Origin: an uncultured Clavibacter sp.
GTDB lineage: Bacteria; Actinomycetota; Actinomycetes; Nanopelagicales; Nanopelagicaceae
Assembly (NCBI GenBank): GCA_964430775.1
Contig: CAYSGG010000001.1
Coordinates: 22,162 to 86,161 of the forward strand
DNA length: 64,000 nt
Reading direction: 5' to 3'
This document shows positions 9,261 to 17,391 of this stretch, one piece after another; within the stretch, counting starts at the first letter, position 1, and each line of letters opens with the position of its first letter. Position numbers and translations under genes: made by a program. Under the pieces are notes generated by a model. It made no database searches, was not told where the DNA came from, and saw nothing but the letters and a program-made list of their open reading frames with translations.

Positions 9261-10255
9261 ATTTAACTACTGAAACTTGGCTCATCACTGTTGGTCTCAT
9301 CATTGGTCTGCTCCTCTTTGACCTCCTTACATCAACTCGAAAAGCACACGATGTCTCCTTCAAAGAAGCGACATTCTGGTCAGTTTTCTATATCGCCGTT
9401 GCAATCATCTTCGGCGCATGGGTCTGGAGCGAATTCGGTAGCCAATTCGGCAAGGAATATTTCGCCGCTTACATAGTTGAGAAGTCGCTTTCGGTCGACA
9501 ATCTCTTCGTCTTCCTCATCATCCTTACTAACTTTGCGGTTCCATCGATCTACCACCAGAGAGTTTTGATGGTGGGAATCGTTCTCGCACTCATCATGCG
9601 CGCAATTTTCATCGCACTTGGTGCCGCAGCTCTTGAGGCCTTCTCCTTTACATTCGTCATCTTCGGTGCGATTCTGCTCTGGACAGGAATCAAGTTATTC
9701 CAGCACTGGGATGAAGACCCTGATCCTTCAGAGAACTTCATCGTCAAGTTTGCGCAGCGAAAAATCCCATTCACTAATGAGTATCACGGCGGAAAGATCT
9801 TCATTCGCGAAAATGGAAAGCGAGTAGCAACTCCACTACTTCTTGTGATGTTGGCTATTGGAGCTACAGATCTTCTCTTCGCTTTGGATTCCATCCCTGC
9901 AACATTCGGCGTCACGCAAGAGCCATTCCTAGTCTTTGCTGCCAACGCCTTCGCTCTACTTGGTCTTAGAGCGCTCTACTTCCTAATTAAGAACCTTGTG
10001 AACAAGCTGATCTATCTTTCGATCGGCCTCTCATTTATTCTCATCTTCATCGGAATCAAACTAGTGATGGTTTGGGCACATGAAGAATGGGCGAGTGTTC
10101 CTAAGGTTTCAACAAACTTCTCACTTGCGGTTATTGGTTCAATTCTCTTGATCTCCACGATTGCAAGCTTGATTAAGTCCAAGAAGGATCCGTCGGCAAA
10201 AGCCCACCCAGGTCGCATGTCTGATCCAAAGAAGAAAGACACAGAGAAGAAGTAA
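9257..10255 (+). CDS. TerC family integral membrane protein
   Basis: 332 aa, multi-TM. TerC motifs EKSLSVDNLFVF and ATDLLFALDSIPA. GTGA overlap with the copA stop. Confidence 0.8.
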   Translation: MNLTTETWLITVGLIIGLLLFDLLTSTRKAHDVSFKEATFWSVFYIAVAIIFGAWVWSEFGSQFGKEYFAAYIVEKSLSVDNLFVFLIILTNFAVPSIYHQRVLMVGIVLALIMRAIFIALGAAALEAFSFTFVIFGAILLWTGIKLFQHWDEDPDPSENFIVKFAQRKIPFTNEYHGGKIFIRENGKRVATPLLLVMLAIGATDLLFALDSIPATFGVTQEPFLVFAANAFALLGLRALYFLIKNLVNKLIYLSIGLSFILIFIGIKLVMVWAHEEWASVPKVSTNFSLAVIGSILLISTIASLIKSKKDPSAKAHPGRMSDPKKKDTEKK

Positions 10256-10270
10256 GGAAGTAAAGAAAAA

Positions 10271-10300
10271 AGGCGCTTAGTGATCTAAGCGCCTTTTTTT
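10271..10300. terminator. bidirectional rho-independent terminator
   Basis: Perfect 10-bp stem AGGCGCTTAG/CTAAGCGCCT with loop TGAT, followed by T7 and preceded by an A-run. Sits between the terC-family gene (+) and tRNA-fMet (-). Confidence 0.8.
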
Positions 10301-10306
10301 ATGGAC

Positions 10307-10383
<77 letters not shown>

Positions 10384-10429
10384 TCGGATGTCCTAATCGT
10401 AGAGGCGTAATGCGATTACGCCAAAACGA

Positions 10430-13312
10430 TTAACGTCGCTGCGCTGAGACCGCTGCCTCGATAGCTGCTTTCAATCGATCTTGCGCTTTGCCATAGGCAG
10501 TGAAGTCGCCCTTTGCGAGCGCTGCTTGTGCATCAGCGAGGGCTTGCTGCGCGCTAGCTAGCGCGTTTGCAAGATCTGTATTGGTTCCAGGAGTTGTAGT
10601 TCCACCACCGGTTGATGGTGTTGTCGATGTAGTTCCAGAGTTTCCACCGAATACCTGATCGAGCGCTCCCTTGAGTGTGTCATCGAAACCAATCTTCTCT
10701 CCGAAGGAGACAAGTACTTTTTGTAGCAATGGATATGCCGCAGTGTTTGCAGTCGCGCGAACATAGACCGGCTGAACATAAAGTAGACCGCCACCAACGG
10801 GAAGCGTCAGAAGGTTTCCAAGGACAACATCAGATCCGCCTTGACGCAAGAGAGATAGCGAGAGCGCCACAGTTGGGTTCGCTTCAAAGTTAGAAGCAAC
10901 CTGCGATGGGCCTGCGATATTTGTCGAACGTTGCAACTGGAGAACAGTGAACTTTCCATAATCCTCACCTGGATCTGAATTCACCACAGCAAATGCTGAG
11001 AGGTTTTCGCGACCACCGCGTGGGACGAAAGGTGTGGTGAGCGAGAAGGAAGCTTTCTTCTCTCCCGGCAATTGCAAGGTGTAGTAGTACGGAGGTTGTG
11101 CACCTGCGTTCGCGCCGAGTGTTGATGGGTCACGAGGTACGCGCCAGAAATCTTGTCCGCCGTAGAAAGCGTTGGCATTCTTGACGTGATAGAGAGATAG
11201 CACATCGCGCTGAACTCGGAAGAGGTCTTCTGGATATCGCACGTGTGCGATCAAGTCCTTGGACATTTCTGACTTCTTCTTGACGATGCCTGGGAATGCC
11301 TTCATCCACGATGCAAGGACAGGGTCTTTCTCATCCCATGCATAAAGTGAAACTGTTCCGTCATACGCGTCAACTGTGGCCTTAACTGAGTTACGGATGT
11401 AGTTGATTGTTGAGTTTGGAACCGCAGTCAGTGGGTTGGTATTGATGTTGAGCGCATCTGTAGTTGCACCAGAAACATCAACGGTGCGCGAATACGGATA
11501 GCCCGCACTTGTTGTGTAGCCATCAATAATCCAGACCAGGCGCTCATCAATGATTGCAGGATATGGATCGCCATCAAGCTTCAACCATGGAGCAACTTTC
11601 GCTACACGCTCACGCGGAACGCGATCAAAGATGATCTTGGAATCAGCGTTGATGAGATTCGAGAGCAAGATACGTTGTTCTTGATACTTAATCGCAAAGA
11701 GTAATCGGGAGAAGATTGAGCCCATTGGAACTCCACCTTTTCCTGTGTAGGTGTAGTTCTTCTGTCCATTTGCTGAGGCATCATCTGGATAATCGAACTC
11801 AACCGCTTCACCTTCGGTGGTTCCGCCAATAATCGAGTATTCCGGATTATTCTCGCCGAAATAGATTCGAGGTTGGAAGTCGCCGAGAACTCCCTTCGGA
11901 GGAATATCTCCGACAGAGAAGACTGGCTTTCCATCAACATCTTGGGTATTTCCAAATGAACCGACGAATCCAAAACCATGCGTGTAGACCAGGTGATCAT
12001 TGATCCAGTTACGGTTTGGATTTCCTTCAATATTAATTTCACGGACTGCAACGACCATATCTCGGGTCTTACCATCAATGGTGTAACGATCAATATCAAG
12101 TGACTCATTAAATGTGTAGTACGGCTTGATTTGCTGAAGTTGTCTAAATGTTGCAGAGAGAACATTTGGATCCATCAAGCGAATATTGGAGATAGTTGCA
12201 GCATCATCAGAAAGCTGGCCGGCAGAAGTATCGACTGTGGCCTGGTAATCAATCACATTTACTTTGTCGAGTCCGTAAGCGGCGCGAGTACTCTCAATAT
12301 TGCGCTGGATAAATGGCGCTTCTTTGGAGGATTCGCTGGGCTTTACTTGGAACTGTTGGATCAAGCTGGGATAAACGCCTGAGATTAAGAAGGAAGAGAT
12401 TCCAAGGAGTGCAACACCTGCGGCAGGAAGTACCCACGAGCGGCGAATAATGTTGGCGAAGAAGAGCAACGAACAGAGCGCCGCAATTCCAGTCAAGATT
12501 GCTTTCGCAGGGAGTACTGCGTTGACATCTGTGTAGGTAAGACCAGTAATCAATCCTTCATCCGAGGTCGCTAGGGCAAAACGATCAAGCCAATATGCAA
12601 CTGCTTTGATTGCGACGATGAAACCGAGAAGAACTGAGAGTTGGACTCGAGCAGCAACCGTGGTGCGGTCATCGCGGACCTGAGGCCTGATTCCGCCGTA
12701 CACATAGTGCACGAGGACTGCGGCGATGGTTGCAAGAATCAAGGTTGAGATTGCCCAACCAATGATGGACTGCCAGAAAGGCAAGGTGAACATGAAGAAA
12801 GAAATGTCCTTGCCAAATTGTGGATCAGTCACACCAAACGGGGTTGCGTTAGTGAACAACAACCAGCTCTCCCAGAGTCTGGTGCCTGCCATACCTGCGA
12901 AGTAGAAGAGCGCCAGTGCAATTCCAATCAGTCCCACCTTGCGCAGAGGTTCGATCTGCGCGCGATATCTCTCGAGATTATCTGCCTCGACAGTAATTGG
13001 CACATAAATTGGACGCTTCTTGTATGCAATGTAGATATTGGAGGTAATGATTAATGATGTGAGTAGTCCAAATATGAAGAAGAGGGCGATGCGCGTAGTT
13101 AGAAGCGTTGTCCAAACTTCGCTGTAATCAACAGAGCGGAACCAGAGAAAATCCGCATAGAAGCCACTGAGTGAAACCAAGATAACCGCAAGGACCGTGA
13201 GGATGATGACGGTGAGAGGTAGCGCTCCAATTCGACGTGGGCCCTGATTGGGGTCACGCGGAGGAAAACGGAAGTTACGAAAGGGATTATCTGGATTATC
13301 ACTAAAGGTCAT
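10430..13312 (-). CDS. UPF0182 family membrane protein
   Basis: 960 aa. N-terminal multi-TM region, large extracytoplasmic domain, Thr/Gly-rich then Ala-rich C-terminus. Architecture and position next to the PDZ/Lon-like gene match the actinobacterial UPF0182 family. Confidence 0.8.
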   Translation of the reverse strand: MTFSDNPDNPFRNFRFPPRDPNQGPRRIGALPLTVIILTVLAVILVSLSGFYADFLWFRSVDYSEVWTTLLTTRIALFFIFGLLTSLIITSNIYIAYKKRPIYVPITVEADNLERYRAQIEPLRKVGLIGIALALFYFAGMAGTRLWESWLLFTNATPFGVTDPQFGKDISFFMFTLPFWQSIIGWAISTLILATIAAVLVHYVYGGIRPQVRDDRTTVAARVQLSVLLGFIVAIKAVAYWLDRFALATSDEGLITGLTYTDVNAVLPAKAILTGIAALCSLLFFANIIRRSWVLPAAGVALLGISSFLISGVYPSLIQQFQVKPSESSKEAPFIQRNIESTRAAYGLDKVNVIDYQATVDTSAGQLSDDAATISNIRLMDPNVLSATFRQLQQIKPYYTFNESLDIDRYTIDGKTRDMVVAVREINIEGNPNRNWINDHLVYTHGFGFVGSFGNTQDVDGKPVFSVGDIPPKGVLGDFQPRIYFGENNPEYSIIGGTTEGEAVEFDYPDDASANGQKNYTYTGKGGVPMGSIFSRLLFAIKYQEQRILLSNLINADSKIIFDRVPRERVAKVAPWLKLDGDPYPAIIDERLVWIIDGYTTSAGYPYSRTVDVSGATTDALNINTNPLTAVPNSTINYIRNSVKATVDAYDGTVSLYAWDEKDPVLASWMKAFPGIVKKKSEMSKDLIAHVRYPEDLFRVQRDVLSLYHVKNANAFYGGQDFWRVPRDPSTLGANAGAQPPYYYTLQLPGEKKASFSLTTPFVPRGGRENLSAFAVVNSDPGEDYGKFTVLQLQRSTNIAGPSQVASNFEANPTVALSLSLLRQGGSDVVLGNLLTLPVGGGLLYVQPVYVRATANTAAYPLLQKVLVSFGEKIGFDDTLKGALDQVFGGNSGTTSTTPSTGGGTTTPGTNTDLANALASAQQALADAQAALAKGDFTAYGKAQDRLKAAIEAAVSAQRR

Positions 13313-13356
13313 AGGGCGAGATTAGCCAACTCCGGTTGACTATGGAATTCGAGGCG

Positions 13357-14427
13357 TTAGTTTCGGGGGCAGGTTGGGTGATTAAAGTTATCTGGAGCAC
13401 GTAAAGCGGCAAGTGCTTCCTCCAGAGTTGAAACTGGAATTACTTGCAAACCCTTGGGGATATGTTTTATGTCCGGACAGTTCTCAGCAGGCGCTAAGAA
13501 AATTGTTGCGCCAATTCTGGAGGCGCCGATCATCTTCTCTTCGATCCCGCCGATTCCGCCGACTTTGCCCGCTGCAGTGATTGCACCAGTGCCTGCCACT
13601 TTACGACCACGAAGGATGTCTTCTTCTGTGAGTTTTTCGATAATTCCTACAGCAAAGATCAATCCAGCGCTAGGCCCACCAACACCTGAGATATTGAAAT
13701 CAACATCGATCGGGAACTTTGCGGTTGTGCCAACCAGAATTCCGATAGCTGGTCTCTTCTCACCGGTCTCGTTAGTGACTTCTTGATTTTCGACCAGAGT
13801 GACCTCCAGAGTCTTGCGTTCGAGATCCCCCGCTTTATTCTCGCGTTCGACCGTGATAGTTAAAGTGTCGCCAATACTTTTGTCTGCGTACGAGGTGCGA
13901 ATCTCTTCTATCTCATTAATCTTCTTACCGTCGATTTCGATGATGAAATCCCCTGGCTTGAGCTTTCCTTCGGCATCTGAGTAATCACGGATATTGCTGA
14001 CAAAGTACATCTCTTGAAAGTCATAACCCAAGTAACGAAGTGCTGCCGCTGTAGAAGTGACTTGAGATGACTGCATCTCATCGCGGCTATCACGGTTGAT
14101 GACCTTGGCAGGTTGAACGGGTGGATAAACCGCATCGCGCGGCAGAACTACATGTGGGCCCAGAGCCCAGTTAACTATGGTTTCTGCTCCAAACACTGGT
14201 GAATCTGGATTAGTTACCAAGATTGAAGTGATGTACAACTTTCCATTGACAGGATATGTCTTGAATTCATTTACTTGAATCAAACCACTTGTGACGTTAT
14301 CTGGAACACCAGGCTTGAAGAATACAAATGGAATCGGCGCTAGGAGAGTTGCGAGCGTTAAAAGATAGAAGAAGAACTTTGCAAGAAATGGCCAGCGATA
14401 ACGCAGCGGCGAGATTGATTTCATCAA
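13357..14427 (-). CDS. PDZ domain protein with C-terminal Lon-like (S16) serine protease domain
   Basis: N-terminal TM helix, PDZ segment (GDFIIEIDGKKI), Lon-type catalytic context GGPSAGL and IEEKMIGA. Confidence 0.75.
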   Translation of the reverse strand: MMKSISPLRYRWPFLAKFFFYLLTLATLLAPIPFVFFKPGVPDNVTSGLIQVNEFKTYPVNGKLYITSILVTNPDSPVFGAETIVNWALGPHVVLPRDAVYPPVQPAKVINRDSRDEMQSSQVTSTAAALRYLGYDFQEMYFVSNIRDYSDAEGKLKPGDFIIEIDGKKINEIEEIRTSYADKSIGDTLTITVERENKAGDLERKTLEVTLVENQEVTNETGEKRPAIGILVGTTAKFPIDVDFNISGVGGPSAGLIFAVGIIEKLTEEDILRGRKVAGTGAITAAGKVGGIGGIEEKMIGASRIGATIFLAPAENCPDIKHIPKGLQVIPVSTLEEALAALRAPDNFNHPTCPRN

Positions 14428-14436
14428 CGTGATGAT

Positions 14437-14637
14437 TTACTCAGGGTTCTTAAATGAATCTTGGAATTTCTTGAACTTTCCGACAGAGCGCTCAGTCTGG
14501 TTTTCGTACTTATCCTGAAAGCGAGTCACCCAGAGCACATAAAGCAACGCACCTACCAGGGCGGTCAACGGAATAAACCACCAGAAGAGCGCAGAGAGGG
14601 GCGGAGCTTCTGCGGCGCGCGTTACAGCGAAGATCAT
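14437..14637 (-). CDS. small single-pass membrane protein (hypothetical)
   Basis: 66-aa ORF with one hydrophobic helix (LFWWFIPLTALVGALLYVLWV), 10 nt upstream of and co-directional with the PDZ protease gene. No clear SD sequence. Confidence 0.4.
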   Translation of the reverse strand: MIFAVTRAAEAPPLSALFWWFIPLTALVGALLYVLWVTRFQDKYENQTERSVGKFKKFQDSFKNPE

Positions 14638-14752
14638 GGCTGAAGCCTAGGCTAGGGAAGAAATCCCCGCCCTTTATTGTTCTCACATTTGTTGGAGTTC
14701 AATGGCGCCACATTCGGCGCTATGTCACAGTTCACTTTTCTGGGAGGTTGTT

Positions 14753-16105
14753 ATGGCCGGCTTTGGATTCACATCCGACCCTGACGAAAATCGCAATCCT
14801 GATGACAAGAATGATTCATCCAGCAACAATCCTTTTGGGATGAGCAACTTCGGCGACATCTTTCAACAGTTCTCAGGAATGGGATTGAACCTGCAAGGTC
14901 TACTCGCTTCACTCTCAGGCCAATCCTCGCCAAGCGCGCTCTCACAGCAGATGATTCGTGACATCTCCCGAAAATATCTTTCGGCACATGGTGAGACGCC
15001 GGTCAGCGTTCAAGAGCTGGTAGCAATTCAAGAAGCCTTCAACATCGCAGATCTCTGGATTAACGAGGCCACGACTTTTCCTACCCTGGTTATCCCTGAT
15101 TCTTGTGCTCTCAGCCGACGCGATTGGATTGACTCAACGCTCAAAGGCTGGGAAGAGTTAACCAAGCCGCTCGTAGATGGAATGTCACAAGCGATGTCAG
15201 AGATGCTCAAGGAAACTCTCGGGGGCGAGAACGCAGAAGAGAGCGCTCAAGGATTTTCAATTCCAGGTTTTGGAAATATGAACATCTCTCAATCAAGCAT
15301 CGCCACGATTATGAGTACCTTTATGAGTTCCCTGATTAGTACCCAACTTGGTCAGACGATTGGAAATCTCTCCACCACTGTTACTGGCGCCAACGATGTT
15401 GCACTCCCCTTAACATCACCCATTCGCCCACAGTTGATTCCGCAAAATGTCGCACAATGGGGCAAAGATCTTGAGATTCCCGAAACAGAGATTCGTATTT
15501 ATCTAGCGCTGCGCGAGATCGCAGCCGCACGTTTATTCGCCGCAACTCCATGGTTACGCGAGTATGTTCGAGACTCGATTGCTCACTATGGAAAAGGTAT
15601 TAAGGTCGACATCACTGCAATCACACAACAAGCCGAAGATGCGATGAACTCCGGAGCAATCGATCCTTCTAACCCAGAGTCCATGACGCTTGCTCTCTCG
15701 GGCGGAATGTTCACCCCGGAAGAAACGCCACAACAGCGTGCCGCTCTCGAACGCCTTGAAACAGTTCTAGCGCTGATTGAAGGATGGATTGATGCGGTTG
15801 TAACAAAGGCTGCTGGCGAACGACTCCCATCAATGGTCAAATTACGTGAGTCTCAACAGAGACGACGCGCCACTAACTCACCAACACAACAACTATTCGC
15901 AACTCTTGTGGGACTTGAGGTATCTCCTCGTCGCACCCGTGAAGCGATCGCGTTCTGGGAGAAAGTTGCCGAACTCAAAGATATTCAAAGTCGCGATCAG
16001 GTTTGGGAAGAAGCCATATTGCTACCAACTGCAGATCAACTCTTGAACCCTGAGGAGTTCCTGAAGAGTCGCACAATTCCTGATGATCTCTCAGGCTTGA
16101 TCTAA
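14753..16105 (+). CDS. Zincin_2/DUF2342-like protein (family usually annotated zinc-dependent metalloprotease)
   Basis: Start moved to ATG 14753, preceded by GGGAGG. Gly/Asn-rich N-terminus and ATPWLREYV core resemble the actinobacterial family found next to the PDZ/UPF0182 genes. No HExxH motif is present. Confidence 0.65.
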   Translation: MAGFGFTSDPDENRNPDDKNDSSSNNPFGMSNFGDIFQQFSGMGLNLQGLLASLSGQSSPSALSQQMIRDISRKYLSAHGETPVSVQELVAIQEAFNIADLWINEATTFPTLVIPDSCALSRRDWIDSTLKGWEELTKPLVDGMSQAMSEMLKETLGGENAEESAQGFSIPGFGNMNISQSSIATIMSTFMSSLISTQLGQTIGNLSTTVTGANDVALPLTSPIRPQLIPQNVAQWGKDLEIPETEIRIYLALREIAAARLFAATPWLREYVRDSIAHYGKGIKVDITAITQQAEDAMNSGAIDPSNPESMTLALSGGMFTPEETPQQRAALERLETVLALIEGWIDAVVTKAAGERLPSMVKLRESQQRRRATNSPTQQLFATLVGLEVSPRRTREAIAFWEKVAELKDIQSRDQVWEEAILLPTADQLLNPEEFLKSRTIPDDLSGLI

Positions 16106-16331
16106 CGTCCCTGGGTAACTTGCCCAGAGAAAAAAGCGAAGACCCCGGGCGCACAATTCTTTATCTGCCTTCCCCTTGCAGATAATGAACGGTTATCCGA
16201 GGTCTTCGTGTGCGCAAAGTACGACAGATGCACGGCAATAATCAACTTCCAGATGAGAGTTTCTACCAGCTAAACACTCATGTACTCCTATAGAGTTTTA
16301 ACTTGCGTTTGGGGAAACGAGAGGTTGTGGT

Positions 16332-16937
16332 GTGGAAAACTTCATTCAAGAAGAAATCTTCGACGCTAACCTCCGCGACGTGCGCGCCCAAGCTTCAAAA
16401 CCGAGTTCTGAAATCCGAATTCCAGGTACCGAGATTTCTGGTGGCGCAGAGATACGAGTGGTCCGCAGTTCACGGCGAAAAAGAAGCATCAGCGCCTATC
16501 GCGAACAGGGCGCCATCGTTATCCAGGTTCCTGCTCGCCTCTCCAACTCAAAAGTAAGCGCTGTTATCCCGGAAATGGTTGAAAAGATCCTTACTCGCGA
16601 AGCTCGCGAGAAGATCAGCGACTCAGAGCTCTTCCATCGCGCTAATGAACTGCTCGCGCGTTACCTCCCAGAATTTCCCATTGCACCTGCCAGCGTGACC
16701 TGGCGCCCGATGAATGAACGTTGGGGCTCGTGCACCACCTTAGATCGGACAATTCGGATTTCTGATCGCTTAAATGGCGCCCCTGATTACGTAGTTGATT
16801 ACCTTCTTGTCCATGAATTGATCCACTTGATGATTCCTGACCATGGCCCCCAATTTGAGGCCTTCCTGGCGCGCTTTGAAGCGAGCGATAAGGCGAGCGC
16901 CTATCTCGACGGCTATGAGGCGGGTGCGCGGGGCTGA
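16332..16937 (+). CDS. YgjP/DUF45-like (M48 superfamily) metallopeptidase
   Basis: 201 aa. HExxH in LLVHELIHLMIPDHGPQF with upstream RWGSC. GTG start preceded by GAGAGG. Confidence 0.7.
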   Translation: MENFIQEEIFDANLRDVRAQASKPSSEIRIPGTEISGGAEIRVVRSSRRKRSISAYREQGAIVIQVPARLSNSKVSAVIPEMVEKILTREAREKISDSELFHRANELLARYLPEFPIAPASVTWRPMNERWGSCTTLDRTIRISDRLNGAPDYVVDYLLVHELIHLMIPDHGPQFEAFLARFEASDKASAYLDGYEAGARG

Positions 16938-17061
16938 ATTGAGCGTATTGCGCGGAAAAAGATTGCCTTTTGAGCGTGGGTTACGCGTGTCTGAGCGTGA
17001 CACGGGGGTATCGTGAGCCTATTCGCAGACAATCCAAGTGCTGCGAGGATCGGAGGAAGTT

Positions 17062-17220
17062 ATGGCAGAGACATATAAAGGTGAGGCCTACTGCGTAAAG
17101 TGCAAAGAGAAGCGTCAGTTCGAAGGAACTGTAAAGGTCTCCGACTCTGGTCGTCGTATGGCACAGGGCATCTGCCCCACATGCGGCACTAAAGTCAACC
17201 GCATTTTAGGCAAAGCCTAA
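17062..17220 (+). CDS. small zinc-ribbon protein (DUF5679-like)
   Basis: 52 aa, MAETYKGEAYCVKCKEKR...CPTCGTKVNRILGKA (CxxC...CxxC). ATG 17062 is preceded by GGAGGA. Followed by an intrinsic terminator. Confidence 0.7.
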   Translation: MAETYKGEAYCVKCKEKRQFEGTVKVSDSGRRMAQGICPTCGTKVNRILGKA

Positions 17221-17238
17221 ACACCAGCATTAAAGGAA

Positions 17239-17270
17239 GCGCTCGTGCATCTCGCACGGGCGCTTTTCTC
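17239..17270 (+). terminator. rho-independent terminator after the zinc-ribbon gene
   Basis: Stem GCGCTCGTGC/GCACGGGCGC (one G.U pair), 5-nt loop, then TTTTCTC. Confidence 0.7.
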
Positions 17271-17391
17271 ATGCCCGCATAACTACGGGCGGTGAGCTCT
17301 GCGCTACAAAGGTTTCCCATCGCAACTCTGAATGCACACCCTGATAAGACTCTGAGGTTTCCCATGCGCACGGTCTCGCACATCATCGCGC

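Noticed and set aside
10404-10422. 8-bp hairpin GGCGTAAT-GCG-ATTACGCC between the UPF0182 stop and tRNA-fMet as a terminator
   Set aside because: The T-run precedes rather than follows the stem on the relevant (minus) strand, and an A-run follows on the plus strand. It may be a processing or stability element, but it is not a canonical terminator.
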